Counted from the first letter of the stretch, positions 8,547 through 19,388 are shown. The stretch is 64,000 nt of DNA from Actinomycetota bacterium (GCA_041658565.1 JBAZZY010000001.1:279405-343404), one strand, 5' to 3'. Program-made: numbers and translations. Notes: a model not told the origin generated them from the letters alone.

Positions 8547-9955
8547 CGTGACCGCTCCCCGATCCGGCGCAAAATCTCGCTCCCCAGCATCGTCACATCG
8601 CCCGCTCCGATCGTCAGCACGACATCTCCGTCGTGCGCACGGTCCGCGATGTACCCAGCGATGTCCCCGCGCTTGGGAAGATATGCGACGCGCCGGCGCG
8701 GAGATGCGGCCAGCACACCATCTACCACGATCTTCCCACTGATCCCCGGACGAGGATCTTCACGCGCGCCGTAGACATCCGTCACAACCACGAGGTCCGC
8801 AGCCGACAGAGCCTCGCCGAGCGCGCGCCCGAACATCTCGGTCCTGGAGTACAGGTGCGGCTGGAACACCGCGAGAATGCGACGCCCCCCACCCGCGTGT
8901 TCCCTAGCCGCGGCCAACGTCGCGCGAACCTCCGTCGGATGGTGCGCGTAGTCGTCTACAACGGTAACCCCTCCCGCTGCACCGCGTGTCTGAAAGCGTC
9001 GCGCGACTCCCTGGTACGCCGCGAGGGCCTCCGCCGCAACGCCGAACTCGACACCGGCCTCCGATGCCGCAGCAAGCGCACCCAAGGCATTCAACGCATT
9101 GTGCTCGCCCGGGACGCCCAACTCGACGCGCCCAAGAGCGTGCCCGCCGCGCCGGACGTCGATCCACCGGCGCTCGCCTTCACACGTGCGATCGGCGGTC
9201 CACTCCACGTCGGGATCGGTGCCGACTGCGTAAGTGACAAGCCGGCGCCCGGCACGGGGCGCAACCGCGGCAACTCCGGGATCCTGCGCACAAGCCACCA
9301 CCACACCCGAAGGAGCAACGTTGCCCATAAATGCGAGGAACGTCTCGCGGACCTCCGCCTCGTCGCGGTAGTAGTCGAGATGCTCGGCCTCGATGTTGGT
9401 GATCACCGCAACCTCGGGGCCGAGCCACAGCAACGATCCGTCGCTCTCGTCGGCCTCTGCTACCAGCCACTCGCCGGCGCCGTGATGCGCGTTGGTCCCG
9501 CCTTCGTTCAGTTCACCCCCGACCAAGAAACTCGGATCAAAGCCGGCGCGCTGCAGAATCAAGGCGATCATTGAAGTCGTCGTCGTCTTCCCATGCGTCC
9601 CGGCCACCGCGATTCCCCGCCGCTCGCGCATGAGCAATGCAAGCACCTGCGCCCGGTGCAGCACCGGAACTCCGCGCGCCTGCGCAGCGCGCAACTCGGG
9701 GTTCGAGTCGCGAATGGCCGACGACACGACAACGCTCGCGGCCTCTCCCACGTTGGCGGCATCGTGCCCGACCACAATCCTGGCACCAAGCGCGCGCAAC
9801 GCCGCAAGCCCGGGAGACTCCTTCATGTCGGATCCCGATACCGGAACCCCGCGCATCAGCAGCACCTTGGCGATCGCGCTCATCCCGGCACCACCCACGC
9901 CAATCAAGTGCGCCGGCCCGAGGTCGTCTACAACGGAAACACGTTGCTCGGTCAC
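8543..9955 (-). CDS. murC: UDP-N-acetylmuramate--L-alanine ligase
   Basis: ..HLIGVGGAGMSAIAKVLL.. and ..GTHGKTTTTSMIALIL.. Mur ligase motifs. Start set at GTG 9955, which overlaps the murG stop (GTGA); the track extends to 9997. Confidence 0.9.
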   Translation of the reverse strand: MTEQRVSVVDDLGPAHLIGVGGAGMSAIAKVLLMRGVPVSGSDMKESPGLAALRALGARIVVGHDAANVGEAASVVVSSAIRDSNPELRAAQARGVPVLHRAQVLALLMRERRGIAVAGTHGKTTTTSMIALILQRAGFDPSFLVGGELNEGGTNAHHGAGEWLVAEADESDGSLLWLGPEVAVITNIEAEHLDYYRDEAEVRETFLAFMGNVAPSGVVVACAQDPGVAAVAPRAGRRLVTYAVGTDPDVEWTADRTCEGERRWIDVRRGGHALGRVELGVPGEHNALNALGALAAASEAGVEFGVAAEALAAYQGVARRFQTRGAAGGVTVVDDYAHHPTEVRATLAAAREHAGGGRRILAVFQPHLYSRTEMFGRALGEALSAADLVVVTDVYGAREDPRPGISGKIVVDGVLAASPRRRVAYLPKRGDIAGYIADRAHDGDVVLTIGAGDVTMLGSEILRRIGERSR

Positions 9956-11073
9956 GAAAACCTCCGCGATGTCTTCTTTGCAAGCTCCAGTGCCCACAAG
10001 GCCATGTCGTTCGCCGCATCGGGCCGCGCAACCGCCGCAGCCGCCCCGCGCATCGCAGCGGCGCGGACGGCATCAAACAGGATCGAATCGAGCACCTCCG
10101 CAAGTGACGACGCATCCAAAGAAGCGTTCTCGATCATCACCGCCGCGCCTGCGTCGGTAAGCGCGCGCGCGTTCGCGTGCTGCTCGCGCCGGCGCGCGAC
10201 GGCAAGCGGAATCAGAATGGCCGGCACCCCGGTCGCCGCCAATTCGGCCACGGTCGACGCGCCTGCGCGCGCCACGACAACGTCGGCCGCCGCGTACGCG
10301 AGTTCCATCCGCTCGACGAACCCGACACATCTGATCAGCAGCCGCCCCGAAGCCAGCGACGCTCGCACGGCTGCAAAGTGCTCCCGTCCGGTCGCCAGCA
10401 GTATCTGCACTTCCCCACGGTCGCGCCACGCCTTGGCCAGCCCAACGGCTGCGGCGTTCAGGCGAGCGGCGCCGAGGCTTCCGCCGAACACCACGATCGT
10501 GCGCCGCGACGGATCGAGTCCCAGTTCTCGTATCGCCTCTTCACGCAGCGCCTCCCGGTCCAAGCGCGCAATCGACTCCCGTATCGGCACTCCGATCAAC
10601 CGCGGGCGACGGCCGCGAAAAGAACCCACTGTCGACGGATGCGATACCGCAATCCACGGGGTGAACCAAGCGGCAACTTCGTTCGCCAACCCCGGAACGC
10701 CGTTGGCTTCGTGGACGATGGCGGGAACCCCCAACAGCCGGGCGGCGACTATCGCCGGCAAACTCGGGTACCCGCCCATTCCGACGACGACTCCCGCGCG
10801 CGCTCGGCGCAGAACACGCAAGGCTTGCACCGTGGCCGGCACCATCGATGCGGGCCCGGTCACCGCTTTCCGACCTCGCCCGAAGGGCCGCACCGAAGTT
10901 CGGTACCCGCGATAGCCGGCGGCGGCGAGCAAATCACGCTCGACATCGCGCGCGGTGCCGATGAAGCAGACCGACGCATCGGGGCGCAGGCAGCGCACCG
11001 CATCTGCGATGGCCAGTGCGGGAATGAGATGACCGCCGGTTCCTCCAGCGGCGACGACAATTGATTCGGTCAT
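9952..11073 (-). CDS. murG: UDP-GlcNAc:lipid I N-acetylglucosaminyltransferase MurG
   Basis: N-terminus MTESIVVAAGGTGGHLIPALAIAD (GT28 G-loop). ATG at 11073 overlaps the ftsW stop (ATGA). The track ORF is over-extended to 11301. Confidence 0.9.
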   Translation of the reverse strand: MTESIVVAAGGTGGHLIPALAIADAVRCLRPDASVCFIGTARDVERDLLAAAGYRGYRTSVRPFGRGRKAVTGPASMVPATVQALRVLRRARAGVVVGMGGYPSLPAIVAARLLGVPAIVHEANGVPGLANEVAAWFTPWIAVSHPSTVGSFRGRRPRLIGVPIRESIARLDREALREEAIRELGLDPSRRTIVVFGGSLGAARLNAAAVGLAKAWRDRGEVQILLATGREHFAAVRASLASGRLLIRCVGFVERMELAYAAADVVVARAGASTVAELAATGVPAILIPLAVARRREQHANARALTDAGAAVMIENASLDASSLAEVLDSILFDAVRAAAMRGAAAAVARPDAANDMALWALELAKKTSRRFS

Positions 11074-12311
11074 CGGGAAGCTCGAGCGCCTCCTTGCCGG
11101 CGCGACACGCGGCCGGCGGCTTCCTCGATCACCTTCGGCGGCCATTGCTCCTGGCGCGCGATGTTCACGAGGATCCCCAGTGCCACCATCGTGAACATCA
11201 ACGACGACCCCCCGAAGGAGACCAGAGGCAACGGCACACCGGTGATCGGGAGCAGCCCGGTGACTGCGCCCATGTTCACGATGCCCTGGCCCAAGATCCA
11301 CGCGGTGATACCTCCCGCGACGATGCGGCCGAACGTATCAGGCGCGCGCCGGGCGGTTCGCACGCCTGCATAGCCGAGCAGGACGAACAGCCCCACCACC
11401 GCCAATGTTCCAATCAGTCCGACTTCCTCTCCGATGATGGCCAAAATGAAGTCGGTGTGCGCGTTCGGCACGTACATCCACTTCTGCCGGCTGGCACCCA
11501 GCCCGACTCCGAACAATCCCCCAGACCCGAGCGCAATCCGCGCCTGCACCGCCTGGTACCCGGTGTCGAGCCGGTCCGCGAACGGATTCAAGAAACCAAA
11601 CAGCCGCTCTCGCCGATACCCCTCCGACAGCGAAAGTGCCGCCGCCACCCCCATGCCGACCGACCCCATCATCCCCAAGGTCCCAAGCGGGGTCCCCGCC
11701 AAGAACAACACGACGAACACAATGCTGCCCAGAATGACGGTGGTCCCAAGATCCGGCTGCAACATCACCAGGCCCCCAACCAACCCGGCCATCACGCCCA
11801 GCGGGACCATCGCATCCTTAACCGTGCGAAGTCGCGATCCCTTTCGCACGCACAGGTCGGCCGCGACCAGCACTAGGGCAAGCTTGGCAAGCTCGGACGG
11901 CTGAAAGCGCGCCGGCCCAACGGCGAGCCATCGAGTGGATCCGCCCGCGCTCATTCCCATCGACGGATGCAGCACGACTACCGCCAGCCCCGCCACCGAG
12001 GCTATGTACAAGCCGTACCCCAAGCGGCGGAAGTGCCGGTAATCGATACGAGAAACAACCAGCATGGCCACAACCCCCGCCACCGCCCACTCGAGCTGGT
12101 GTGCGAAGATCACGAAGGACGAGCCGTACCGCTGAAACGCAGTCACCCATGAAGTGCTCAGGATCATCAGCAGGCCGCCGCCCAGCAGGAGTCCGGTGAC
12201 CGTGATCACCAGAGTCGCGCTCGTCGTCATCGGCCACGGGGAGCGCCGTGCCGTCGCGTGTGCGCGCGCAAGCCATCCGGCCGGCTTGCGAACCAACCGC
12301 ACAACAGTCAC
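11070..12311 (-). CDS. ftsW: SEDS-family peptidoglycan glycosyltransferase FtsW
   Basis: Polytopic membrane protein with FtsW/RodA-like topology. ATGA overlap with the murD stop. Lies between murD and murG. Confidence 0.85.
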   Translation of the reverse strand: MTVVRLVRKPAGWLARAHATARRSPWPMTTSATLVITVTGLLLGGGLLMILSTSWVTAFQRYGSSFVIFAHQLEWAVAGVVAMLVVSRIDYRHFRRLGYGLYIASVAGLAVVVLHPSMGMSAGGSTRWLAVGPARFQPSELAKLALVLVAADLCVRKGSRLRTVKDAMVPLGVMAGLVGGLVMLQPDLGTTVILGSIVFVVLFLAGTPLGTLGMMGSVGMGVAAALSLSEGYRRERLFGFLNPFADRLDTGYQAVQARIALGSGGLFGVGLGASRQKWMYVPNAHTDFILAIIGEEVGLIGTLAVVGLFVLLGYAGVRTARRAPDTFGRIVAGGITAWILGQGIVNMGAVTGLLPITGVPLPLVSFGGSSLMFTMVALGILVNIARQEQWPPKVIEEAAGRVSRRQGGARASR

Positions 12312-13639
12312 ACCCGCTCACCTCCGAGCGCCGCCACTGCGGCGCGAAACGCCTCACCTCGAGCCTCGTAGTCGACGAACATGTCGAACGACGCGCACGC
12401 CGGAGATAACAGTACGGTGTCACCGGCGCGAGCCGTGGCATGCGCGCACTCGACCGCCTCTCGCATGCTCGCAGCGCGCTCGGTCGGAACGCCTGCCGAA
12501 GCGAAAGCCGCTTCCACTTCCGCGGCCGATTCCCCGATCGCCACCACCGCACGAACTCGCGGTGCCGCGAGCGCAAGCTCGCCAAGATCCAGGGCCTTAT
12601 TTCGTCCTCCCGCGATCAGGATCACGCGGTCCAACTCGGCAAGCGCCGCAAGCGTCGCGTGCGGATCGGTCGCCTTGGAATCGTTGATGTAGGTGACTCC
12701 GTCGAGCACCGCCACCGTTTCCGTGCGGTGCGGCTTCGGCCGGTAGGCAGCCAGCCCTTCCCCCACACGCTCGGGGTCCATTCCTAGAGCGCATGCCGCG
12801 GCCGCGGCCGCCGTAGCATCGGCCCGCCCCGGTCGGCCGCGAACTTGGAGCCGGCTCACCTCGACAACGCGACCTTGCGGAACGACGATCCACCCGTCTT
12901 GGATGCCTGCACCACCGGCCGGCACGGCATCCTCGTCGAACGGGACCCGCCTGGCCGCAGCATGCGACGCGAATTGCGAGAACGCCGAGTGAAAGACGGC
13001 AGTGTCCTCGGGAGTCTGAATCTCGAAGATCCTGGCCTTGTCCGCCGCATACACCTCGAAAGATCCATGCCAGTCCAAGTGATCCGCGGCAACGTTGAGC
13101 AACACCGCAACCGGCGCGCGGAACTCGACGATGGAATGCAGTTGAAAACTGGAAACCTCCGCCACGATCGCCGGACCATCTGCCGAAACCAGAGGATGTC
13201 CGATGTTGCCTGCGGCCGTCGCCGAGACACCACATGCAAGCAGCGCGGCCACGGTCATCTCGGTCGTCGTCGTCTTACCGTTGGTTCCCGTGATCGCCAC
13301 CAGCGGACGAACGCCCAGCCGGTACGCGAGTTCCACCTCACTCCAGACCGGAATCGCGTTCGATGCCGCCGCAGTCATCCATGCCGAAGACGGAGCGATG
13401 CCGGGGCTCGCGACCACTAGTTCCGCACCATCAAGATCTTCGGGATTCGTTCTGCCTAAGACGCTGCGCGCGTCGAGGCCACGGGCGCGCGCCCGTACGA
13501 TCTCGGAATCCGACGCGTCGAGCACGGTCACGTCCGCGCCGCGCGCCAGGAGAGCGCGCGCGGCCGCCTCGCCCGAGCGTGCCAGACCCAGCACGACAAC
13601 GCGCGCACCACGCCAGGAGGAGCGTTCGACTTCAGTCAT
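12308..13639 (-). CDS. murD: UDP-N-acetylmuramoylalanine--D-glutamate ligase
   Basis: ..VVVLGLARSGEAAARAL.. Rossmann N-terminus and ..ITGTNGKTTTTEMT.. P-loop. Start ATG 13639 overlaps the mraY stop (TGATG). The track's 717-aa ORF is an upstream over-extension. Confidence 0.9.
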   Translation of the reverse strand: MTEVERSSWRGARVVVLGLARSGEAAARALLARGADVTVLDASDSEIVRARARGLDARSVLGRTNPEDLDGAELVVASPGIAPSSAWMTAAASNAIPVWSEVELAYRLGVRPLVAITGTNGKTTTTEMTVAALLACGVSATAAGNIGHPLVSADGPAIVAEVSSFQLHSIVEFRAPVAVLLNVAADHLDWHGSFEVYAADKARIFEIQTPEDTAVFHSAFSQFASHAAARRVPFDEDAVPAGGAGIQDGWIVVPQGRVVEVSRLQVRGRPGRADATAAAAAACALGMDPERVGEGLAAYRPKPHRTETVAVLDGVTYINDSKATDPHATLAALAELDRVILIAGGRNKALDLGELALAAPRVRAVVAIGESAAEVEAAFASAGVPTERAASMREAVECAHATARAGDTVLLSPACASFDMFVDYEARGEAFRAAVAALGGERV

Positions 13640-14709
13640 CACCGAGCGCCGCCCTTGGCGAGGAAGTCGGCATAGAACAAGCCGAGCCCGAGCGCCGCGG
13701 CAAGCCCGGCGATGATCCAAAACCGCACGATCACCGTGAATTCGGGCCAGCCTCCAAGTTCGAAATGGTGATGCATCGGAGCCATGCGGAATACTCGGCG
13801 TCCGAAGCCTCGGAACGAGATGATCTGCATGATGACCGACGTCGTCTCCAGGACGAACAAGCCGCCCAAGACCACCAGGAGTAGTTGAGTGCTCGTGAGT
13901 AACGCAAGAGCGGCAAACCCGCCGCCGAGCGCGAGCGAGCCGGTGTCGCCCATGAAGATCTTGGCGGGCGCGGCATTCCACCAAAGAAACCCCGCGCATG
14001 CGCCCAACCCCGCAGCCGCGATGACGGCAAGGTCCAACGGATCGGGAACTCTCGTGTAGCAGCCGAGCAAATCCGACGTGACATTGCAGATGTGCCGGAA
14101 CTGCCAGAAGCCGATGAAGATGTAAGCGGCGAATACCAGTGCCCCGGAGCCGGCAGCCAGTCCGTCCAGCCCATCGGTCAGATTCACGCCGTTCGCGGTC
14201 GCCGACATCATCACAAACACCCACAGCACGAAGAACGGCCCGAAGTCCAGCGCGGTCTGTCGCACGAACGACAGCCCCGTCGGGGTGCTTGTATTCGCCA
14301 CCACTGCAACGGTGAAACCCACCGCGACGACTGCTTGCCCGATCACCTTCGCCTTCTTGTTCAGACCGAGGCTTCGCTGCTTGCGGATCTTCGTGTAGTC
14401 GTCGAGGAATCCGACGATCCCCATTCCCACGATCGCCAACAAGACCAGCAGACCGCTCCATCCGAAACGCCCCGAACGACCCGTGGACGCCAGGTGCGCG
14501 ACGAGGTAGCCCACCGCGATCGCAGCGATGATGACGACGCCCCCCATCGTCGGAGTGCCGCGCTTTTGCTCGTGATGCCCACCGCGCTCGACCCAGTCCT
14601 CACGCAGGAGCTGTCCAAAACCACGCGCACGAAACGAACGAATCGCGAACGGCGTTCCGCCGAGGGCGACGAGCAGTCCAACCATCGCGGCCAGCAAGAC
14701 GCTCTTCAC
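13639..14709 (-). CDS. mraY: phospho-N-acetylmuramoyl-pentapeptide transferase
   Basis: Polytopic membrane protein. N-terminus MKSVLLAAMVGLLVALGGTPFAIRSFRARGFGQ matches the MraY pattern. GTG start overlaps the murF stop (GTGA). Confidence 0.9.
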   Translation of the reverse strand: MKSVLLAAMVGLLVALGGTPFAIRSFRARGFGQLLREDWVERGGHHEQKRGTPTMGGVVIIAAIAVGYLVAHLASTGRSGRFGWSGLLVLLAIVGMGIVGFLDDYTKIRKQRSLGLNKKAKVIGQAVVAVGFTVAVVANTSTPTGLSFVRQTALDFGPFFVLWVFVMMSATANGVNLTDGLDGLAAGSGALVFAAYIFIGFWQFRHICNVTSDLLGCYTRVPDPLDLAVIAAAGLGACAGFLWWNAAPAKIFMGDTGSLALGGGFAALALLTSTQLLLVVLGGLFVLETTSVIMQIISFRGFGRRVFRMAPMHHHFELGGWPEFTVIVRFWIIAGLAAALGLGLFYADFLAKGGAR

Positions 14710-16076
14710 TCGGCATCCCCCAAGGCAGCGGCCACTCGCTCAAGCCCCGCAGCACGCGAAGCCTTCACCAAAACGACCGCGTCGGCTTCCAGCGAGTCGC
14801 GCAGCAACCTGATCGCCGCGTCCGCGTCGGGCACGAAGGTCGCCTCCTCGGGCTGCAATCCCTCCAGACGAGCGGCCTCATGAATCGGCCGGGCGTCGGC
14901 GCCGACCGTAACGAGTCTGTGAATGCCGAGCCGGACGACGAGACGCCCGATGAGATCATGTTCGACCGTTGACCTTGCCCCGAGCTCTGCCATGTGCCCG
15001 AGTACAGCCCATGTCGGGCGCCCGCGGCCCATCGACACCAGCGTCTTGAGCGCGGCAACCGTCGAATCCGGGTTGGCGTTGTACGCGTCGTTGATGATCC
15101 GCCTTCCACCTTTGTCGCTGATCTGCATCCTCCATTGCGCCGACTCAATCCCGCCGATTCCCGCTGCGGCGGAGTGCAGCGTTATACCTACCGCGCGCGC
15201 CGCCGCCGCCGCGGCCACCGCATTGATCACCATGTGCTCTCCCGGCACGCGCAAGACGACGTCGGTTTGCTCGGTCCCCGCGACGATCGAAAACGACGCA
15301 CACGCCCGCTCGTCGAGGGTCACGTTCTGCGCGCGCACATCGGCCGCCGGTGACCGCCCGAACGTCACCACCGCCGCGCCGGTCCCGGCCGCCATCTCAA
15401 GGACGTTCGCATCGTCTTGGTTCAGTACCGCCACTCCACCGCCACCGAGTGCGTGCACAAGTTCGGACTTCGCCCTCGCGGTGACCTCGATCGAGCCGAA
15501 CATTCCGATGTGTGCCGACCCTACGTTCGTAACCACTGCCACGTCCGGCCCCACGACCGGTGCGAGCGACGCAATGTGCCCGAGGCCACGGCTGCCGACC
15601 TCGACCACGAGCACCTCGGTGTCCTCATCGGCCGACAGCACCGTGAGCGGCACGCCGATCTCGTTGTTGTACGACGCGCGGCTGGCCACCGTGCGACGCT
15701 CGACGCCGCAGGCTGCCGCGATGAAGTCCTTCGTCGTCGTCTTCCCCGAGGACCCAGTGACCGCGATCACCTTCGCGCGCAAGCGCGCGCGCGCCGCAGC
15801 CGCAAGCGCAGCCAGAGCAGTCAGCGGATCCGGAACGCGAACGAGCGGACCCGTCCCCGAGTATTCCGAACCGACGAGCACTCCCACCGCCCCCGCGCGC
15901 AGCGCATCTTCCGCATACCGGTGCCCGTCCGAGTGCTCCCCGCGCAACGCCACGAACAGCACACCCGCGCATCCCTGCCGCGTGTCGGTCACCACCGACA
16001 GCACACGCGCGCCGCCCTCGCCCTCGAGGGACCCGCCGGTCGCTGCGGCGACGTCGATCAGCGTGAACGCGAGCAC
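14706..16076 (-). CDS. murF: UDP-MurNAc-tripeptide--D-Ala-D-Ala ligase
   Basis: ..KVIAVTGSSGKTTTKDFIAAAC.. Mur ligase P-loop. Start overlaps the murE 3' end by 19 nt. Confidence 0.9.
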   Translation of the reverse strand: MLAFTLIDVAAATGGSLEGEGGARVLSVVTDTRQGCAGVLFVALRGEHSDGHRYAEDALRAGAVGVLVGSEYSGTGPLVRVPDPLTALAALAAAARARLRAKVIAVTGSSGKTTTKDFIAAACGVERRTVASRASYNNEIGVPLTVLSADEDTEVLVVEVGSRGLGHIASLAPVVGPDVAVVTNVGSAHIGMFGSIEVTARAKSELVHALGGGGVAVLNQDDANVLEMAAGTGAAVVTFGRSPAADVRAQNVTLDERACASFSIVAGTEQTDVVLRVPGEHMVINAVAAAAAARAVGITLHSAAAGIGGIESAQWRMQISDKGGRRIINDAYNANPDSTVAALKTLVSMGRGRPTWAVLGHMAELGARSTVEHDLIGRLVVRLGIHRLVTVGADARPIHEAARLEGLQPEEATFVPDADAAIRLLRDSLEADAVVLVKASRAAGLERVAAALGDAE

Positions 16077-17587
16077 AGTTCCTCCAGTATCTCGCGAACA
16101 ACGATGCGATCATCGAACGGCAGAGTCCGGTCGGCGAACTGCTGCCCGGTCTCGTGGCCCTTCCCCGCGACGACGACCACGTCACCTGGGCCGGCAGCAC
16201 GCAATGCCTCGGCGATCGCGTCGCGACGGTCCAGGATCGACACGAAGACCCGCCCGGATTCACGCGCGCCGACTTCGATATCTCGAATGATCGCCGCCGG
16301 ATCCTCCGACCGTGGGTTATCGCTGGTGATCAGCGCCCTGTCGGCCAACTCCGCGCCGATCCGGCCCATCTGCGGTCGTTTTCCGCGATCGCGATCGCCG
16401 CCGCACCCGAACACCAAGATCAACGAAGATCCTTGCGGCGTGAACTCTCGCGCGGCGCGCAGAACGCCCTCGAGCGATTCCGGTGTGTGCGCGTAGTCGA
16501 CGAGCACGGTGAAGTCCTGGCCGGCCTCCACTCGCTCCATGCGTCCGGGAACCCCGGAGAACGACTCGATCCCGCCAACGACAGCATCGAGCGGCCACTC
16601 CATGGCGTGGGCGGTCGCGAGGACCCCGAGTGCGTTGGTCGCGTTGTAACGCCCGGGGATCGGAACGCGCACATGCAGGCGCGCGCCGGCCACGTCTACC
16701 TCGACAAGGGAACCGGCGCGATCCATCGCGATCCGCAAGGCGCGCACGTCGACCCGATCCTCCCAGCCAAAGGTGACCAGCGGTACGGCCGATCGGGCGA
16801 TCAGGCGCCGTGCGTAGGGATCCTCCGCGTTCACCACCGCACGCCGGCTCATCTCGGGGCGGAACAGCATGGCCTTGGCCTCAAAGTACGCATCCATGGT
16901 GCCGTGCGTGTCGAGATGGTCCCGCGACAGGTTGGTGAAGATCGAGCAGGTGAACACGGTGCCCTCCACCCGCAAGGCGAGGAGCCCTTCCGACGAGGCC
17001 TCCATCGCCACACCTCGCACCCCGGCGTCGCGCATCTCGGCGAGCAAGCGCTGCAGGTCGGCTGCCTCCGGAGTCGTGCGCACCCCCGGACGAACCTCAT
17101 CCCCCACATGGGTGGCGACCGTCCCGATCAGCCCCGCCTTCATCCCCATCGCGCCGAACACCGATTCGAGCAAATAGGCAGTGGTGGTCTTGCCGTTGGT
17201 ACCGGTGATGCCGATCAGGGTCAGGTCCAGCGCCGGGTGACCGAAGAAGGCGGCCGCCATGGGCCCCATCGCTGCTCGCACCGACGAGACCAGAATCTGA
17301 GGGACGCTCGCATTCACGTCACGTTCGACCACCAGCGCGACCGCACCGTCACGGACGGCTCGACCTGCGAAGTCGTGTCCGTCGGCACGCGAGCCGGGGA
17401 CGCAAAAGAAGACCGTCCCGGGACGGACCGCGCGCGAGTCGAAGGTGATGTCGCCGAAGATGATGTCGCCGCTGCCGACGACGCGGGAACCCGCGACGGC
17501 GGATACGAGTTTCGAAACATTCATGGGCACGGCCGTGGATCCTTCCGTCCCCACCCGCGCGCGCGGCAGAGGCCGGCGCGCGCGCAC
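16058..17587 (-). CDS. murE: UDP-MurNAc-L-Ala-D-Glu--2,6-diaminopimelate ligase
   Basis: ..IGITGTNGKTTTAYLLES.. and ..DNPRSEDP.. MurE motifs. True start may be the internal ATG at 17523 (MNVSKLV) rather than the track start. Confidence 0.9.
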   Translation of the reverse strand: MRARRPLPRARVGTEGSTAVPMNVSKLVSAVAGSRVVGSGDIIFGDITFDSRAVRPGTVFFCVPGSRADGHDFAGRAVRDGAVALVVERDVNASVPQILVSSVRAAMGPMAAAFFGHPALDLTLIGITGTNGKTTTAYLLESVFGAMGMKAGLIGTVATHVGDEVRPGVRTTPEAADLQRLLAEMRDAGVRGVAMEASSEGLLALRVEGTVFTCSIFTNLSRDHLDTHGTMDAYFEAKAMLFRPEMSRRAVVNAEDPYARRLIARSAVPLVTFGWEDRVDVRALRIAMDRAGSLVEVDVAGARLHVRVPIPGRYNATNALGVLATAHAMEWPLDAVVGGIESFSGVPGRMERVEAGQDFTVLVDYAHTPESLEGVLRAAREFTPQGSSLILVFGCGGDRDRGKRPQMGRIGAELADRALITSDNPRSEDPAAIIRDIEVGARESGRVFVSILDRRDAIAEALRAAGPGDVVVVAGKGHETGQQFADRTLPFDDRIVVREILEELCSRSR

Positions 17588-17591
17588 TCTA

Positions 17592-19388
17592 TCACGGCTT
17601 TCGAGACCATCTCAGCCCGAACTCGGCGCCGTCGTGGATTGCGATCGTCGGCGAAATCCCGAGCTTTCCCAGGGCAAACTGCGTGATCTCCCGGAACACC
17701 GGAGCGGCGGTCAACGCCGCGAACCGCGTGCGCGGATTGTCCATGGCTACCAGGACGACGATACGCGGGTCGTCGGCCGGAGCCAGTCCGGCAAACGTCG
17801 TAACGATGTTCCTCGAATAGCCGCGGCGGTCCTTCAACGGCACGCGCGCGGTTCCCGTCTTGCCTCCGACCAGGTACCCGGGGATGCGCGCGCGCGAGCC
17901 GGTCCCGTGCTCGACCACGCCGACGAGCATGCCGCGCACCTGCGCCGCGGTGTATGGCTGCACCACCCGCACGGCCCGAGCCGCCGGCACCGGGGTAACC
18001 GAGCCGTCGCTCTCGACGACGCCACGGACAAGTCGCGGGCGAACCCGGACACCGTCGTTCGCCAGCGTCGCGTACACCGACGCCACCTGCAGCGGCGTCG
18101 CGGCGATCCCCTGCCCGATCGGGATAGTCGCGATGCTCGTTCCCGACCAATCCCCTACCGGGAGCAACACGCCCGAGGATTCCCCTGGGAAGCCTACCTG
18201 CGCCGAGCTGCCCAACCCGAAGCGGGTGAGGGCGTCGTACAGCCGCTTCGGGCCGAGCTTCAGCGCGACCTTGATCGTTCCAACGTTAGACGACTCAGCG
18301 ATGGCTTGTGCGTAGGTGATTCGCTCGACCGGGTGCGAGTGCGAATCGTGGAACACCTGGTTGGCTACGCGAATCGTCGACGGTACGGTCAGTTGGTCCT
18401 CCGGGGTAACAATTCCAGCCTCGATCGCCGCTGCCGCGGTAACAACCTTGTTCACCGATCCCGGCTCGTAGGCGTCGGTGACGGCTCGGTTGCGTCGTTC
18501 GTCCGGAGTCGAATCGGAGAGCCTCTCCGCTTCGAAGGGAGGGTAGTTAGCCATCGCCAGAACGTCACCGCTGCGCGGGTCCATCACGATGGCCACACCG
18601 TTGCGCGCGCCGTTCTCCCGCACACCGCGGGCCAGCGCGTCCTCAGCGAAGAACTGCAAGTCCCGGTCTATGGTGAGCGCCAAGCCCTTCCCGGGAGTCG
18701 AGGTTCGCACCCTGCTGCGACCCTGAGGGATTGGCCGTCCACGGGGGTCTTGCTCGATGATCTCCTGGCCCGGCGTTCCCCCAAGGGTCCGCTCGTACTT
18801 GAACTCAAGCCCCCCGAGCCCCTCGCCGTCCGTACCGACAAACCCGATTAACTGGCTCGCCACAGACCCGGCTGGATACGCCCTCAACGACTCTGGGTGA
18901 GATCCCACGTAGGGCAGGTCCAGGGCCGTCACTTTGTCGACGACCGCCGGTGAGACCCTTCGCGCCAGGTAAGTGAAGTTCACGTCCACGCCCAAGCGCT
19001 GTACCAGATCCGACTCCGCGATCCCGAGGACCGGCGCCAGCAAGCGGGCAGCCACCACGGGATCGGTTATGGCGCGCGGATGCGCATACACGGCGCGCGT
19101 CTCGACGGAGACCGCCAGCGGTGTCATGTTCCGGTCGTAGATCGCGCCCCGACGCGCCGGAAGATCGATCGTGCGAAGCCGCTGCTCCTCCCCGAGCATC
19201 TGCAGGGGTTGCGCCTGCACAACCTGCAACTGCACCAATCTCCCGGCAACCAAGCTGAGCGCAAGGGTCAACATGACGAGCATCGAGACCAACCGCGTTG
19301 TCGAGCGGCTTCCCGCACGACGCGCCCCGTTCCTGCCCCGCCCGCGTCTTACTGCCGCCAACGGAACCCTCCCCCTACCGGCGGTCAC
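17592..19388 (-). CDS. ftsI: penicillin-binding protein, FtsI-type transpeptidase (class B PBP)
   Basis: Arg-rich N-terminus and TM (LVSMLVMLTLALSLVAGRL). Dimerisation and transpeptidase domains with SxxK (..VFEPGSVNKVV..), SxN and KTGT (..GGKTGTAR..). Start uncertain: GTG 19388 overlaps the ftsL 3' end; ATG 19283 is an alternative. Confidence 0.85.
   Translation of the reverse strand: MTAGRGRVPLAAVRRGRGRNGARRAGSRSTTRLVSMLVMLTLALSLVAGRLVQLQVVQAQPLQMLGEEQRLRTIDLPARRGAIYDRNMTPLAVSVETRAVYAHPRAITDPVVAARLLAPVLGIAESDLVQRLGVDVNFTYLARRVSPAVVDKVTALDLPYVGSHPESLRAYPAGSVASQLIGFVGTDGEGLGGLEFKYERTLGGTPGQEIIEQDPRGRPIPQGRSRVRTSTPGKGLALTIDRDLQFFAEDALARGVRENGARNGVAIVMDPRSGDVLAMANYPPFEAERLSDSTPDERRNRAVTDAYEPGSVNKVVTAAAAIEAGIVTPEDQLTVPSTIRVANQVFHDSHSHPVERITYAQAIAESSNVGTIKVALKLGPKRLYDALTRFGLGSSAQVGFPGESSGVLLPVGDWSGTSIATIPIGQGIAATPLQVASVYATLANDGVRVRPRLVRGVVESDGSVTPVPAARAVRVVQPYTAAQVRGMLVGVVEHGTGSRARIPGYLVGGKTGTARVPLKDRRGYSRNIVTTFAGLAPADDPRIVVLVAMDNPRTRFAALTAAPVFREITQFALGKLGISPTIAIHDGAEFGLRWSRKP

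Noticed and set aside
12308-14461. 717-aa murD ORF, 449-aa murG, 603-aa glpK, 521-aa plsC, 465-aa dinB as given by the ORF track
   Set aside because: The track takes the most upstream ATG/GTG/TTG. Conserved N-termini and stop/start overlaps with upstream genes indicate shorter true genes (coordinates adjusted in features).
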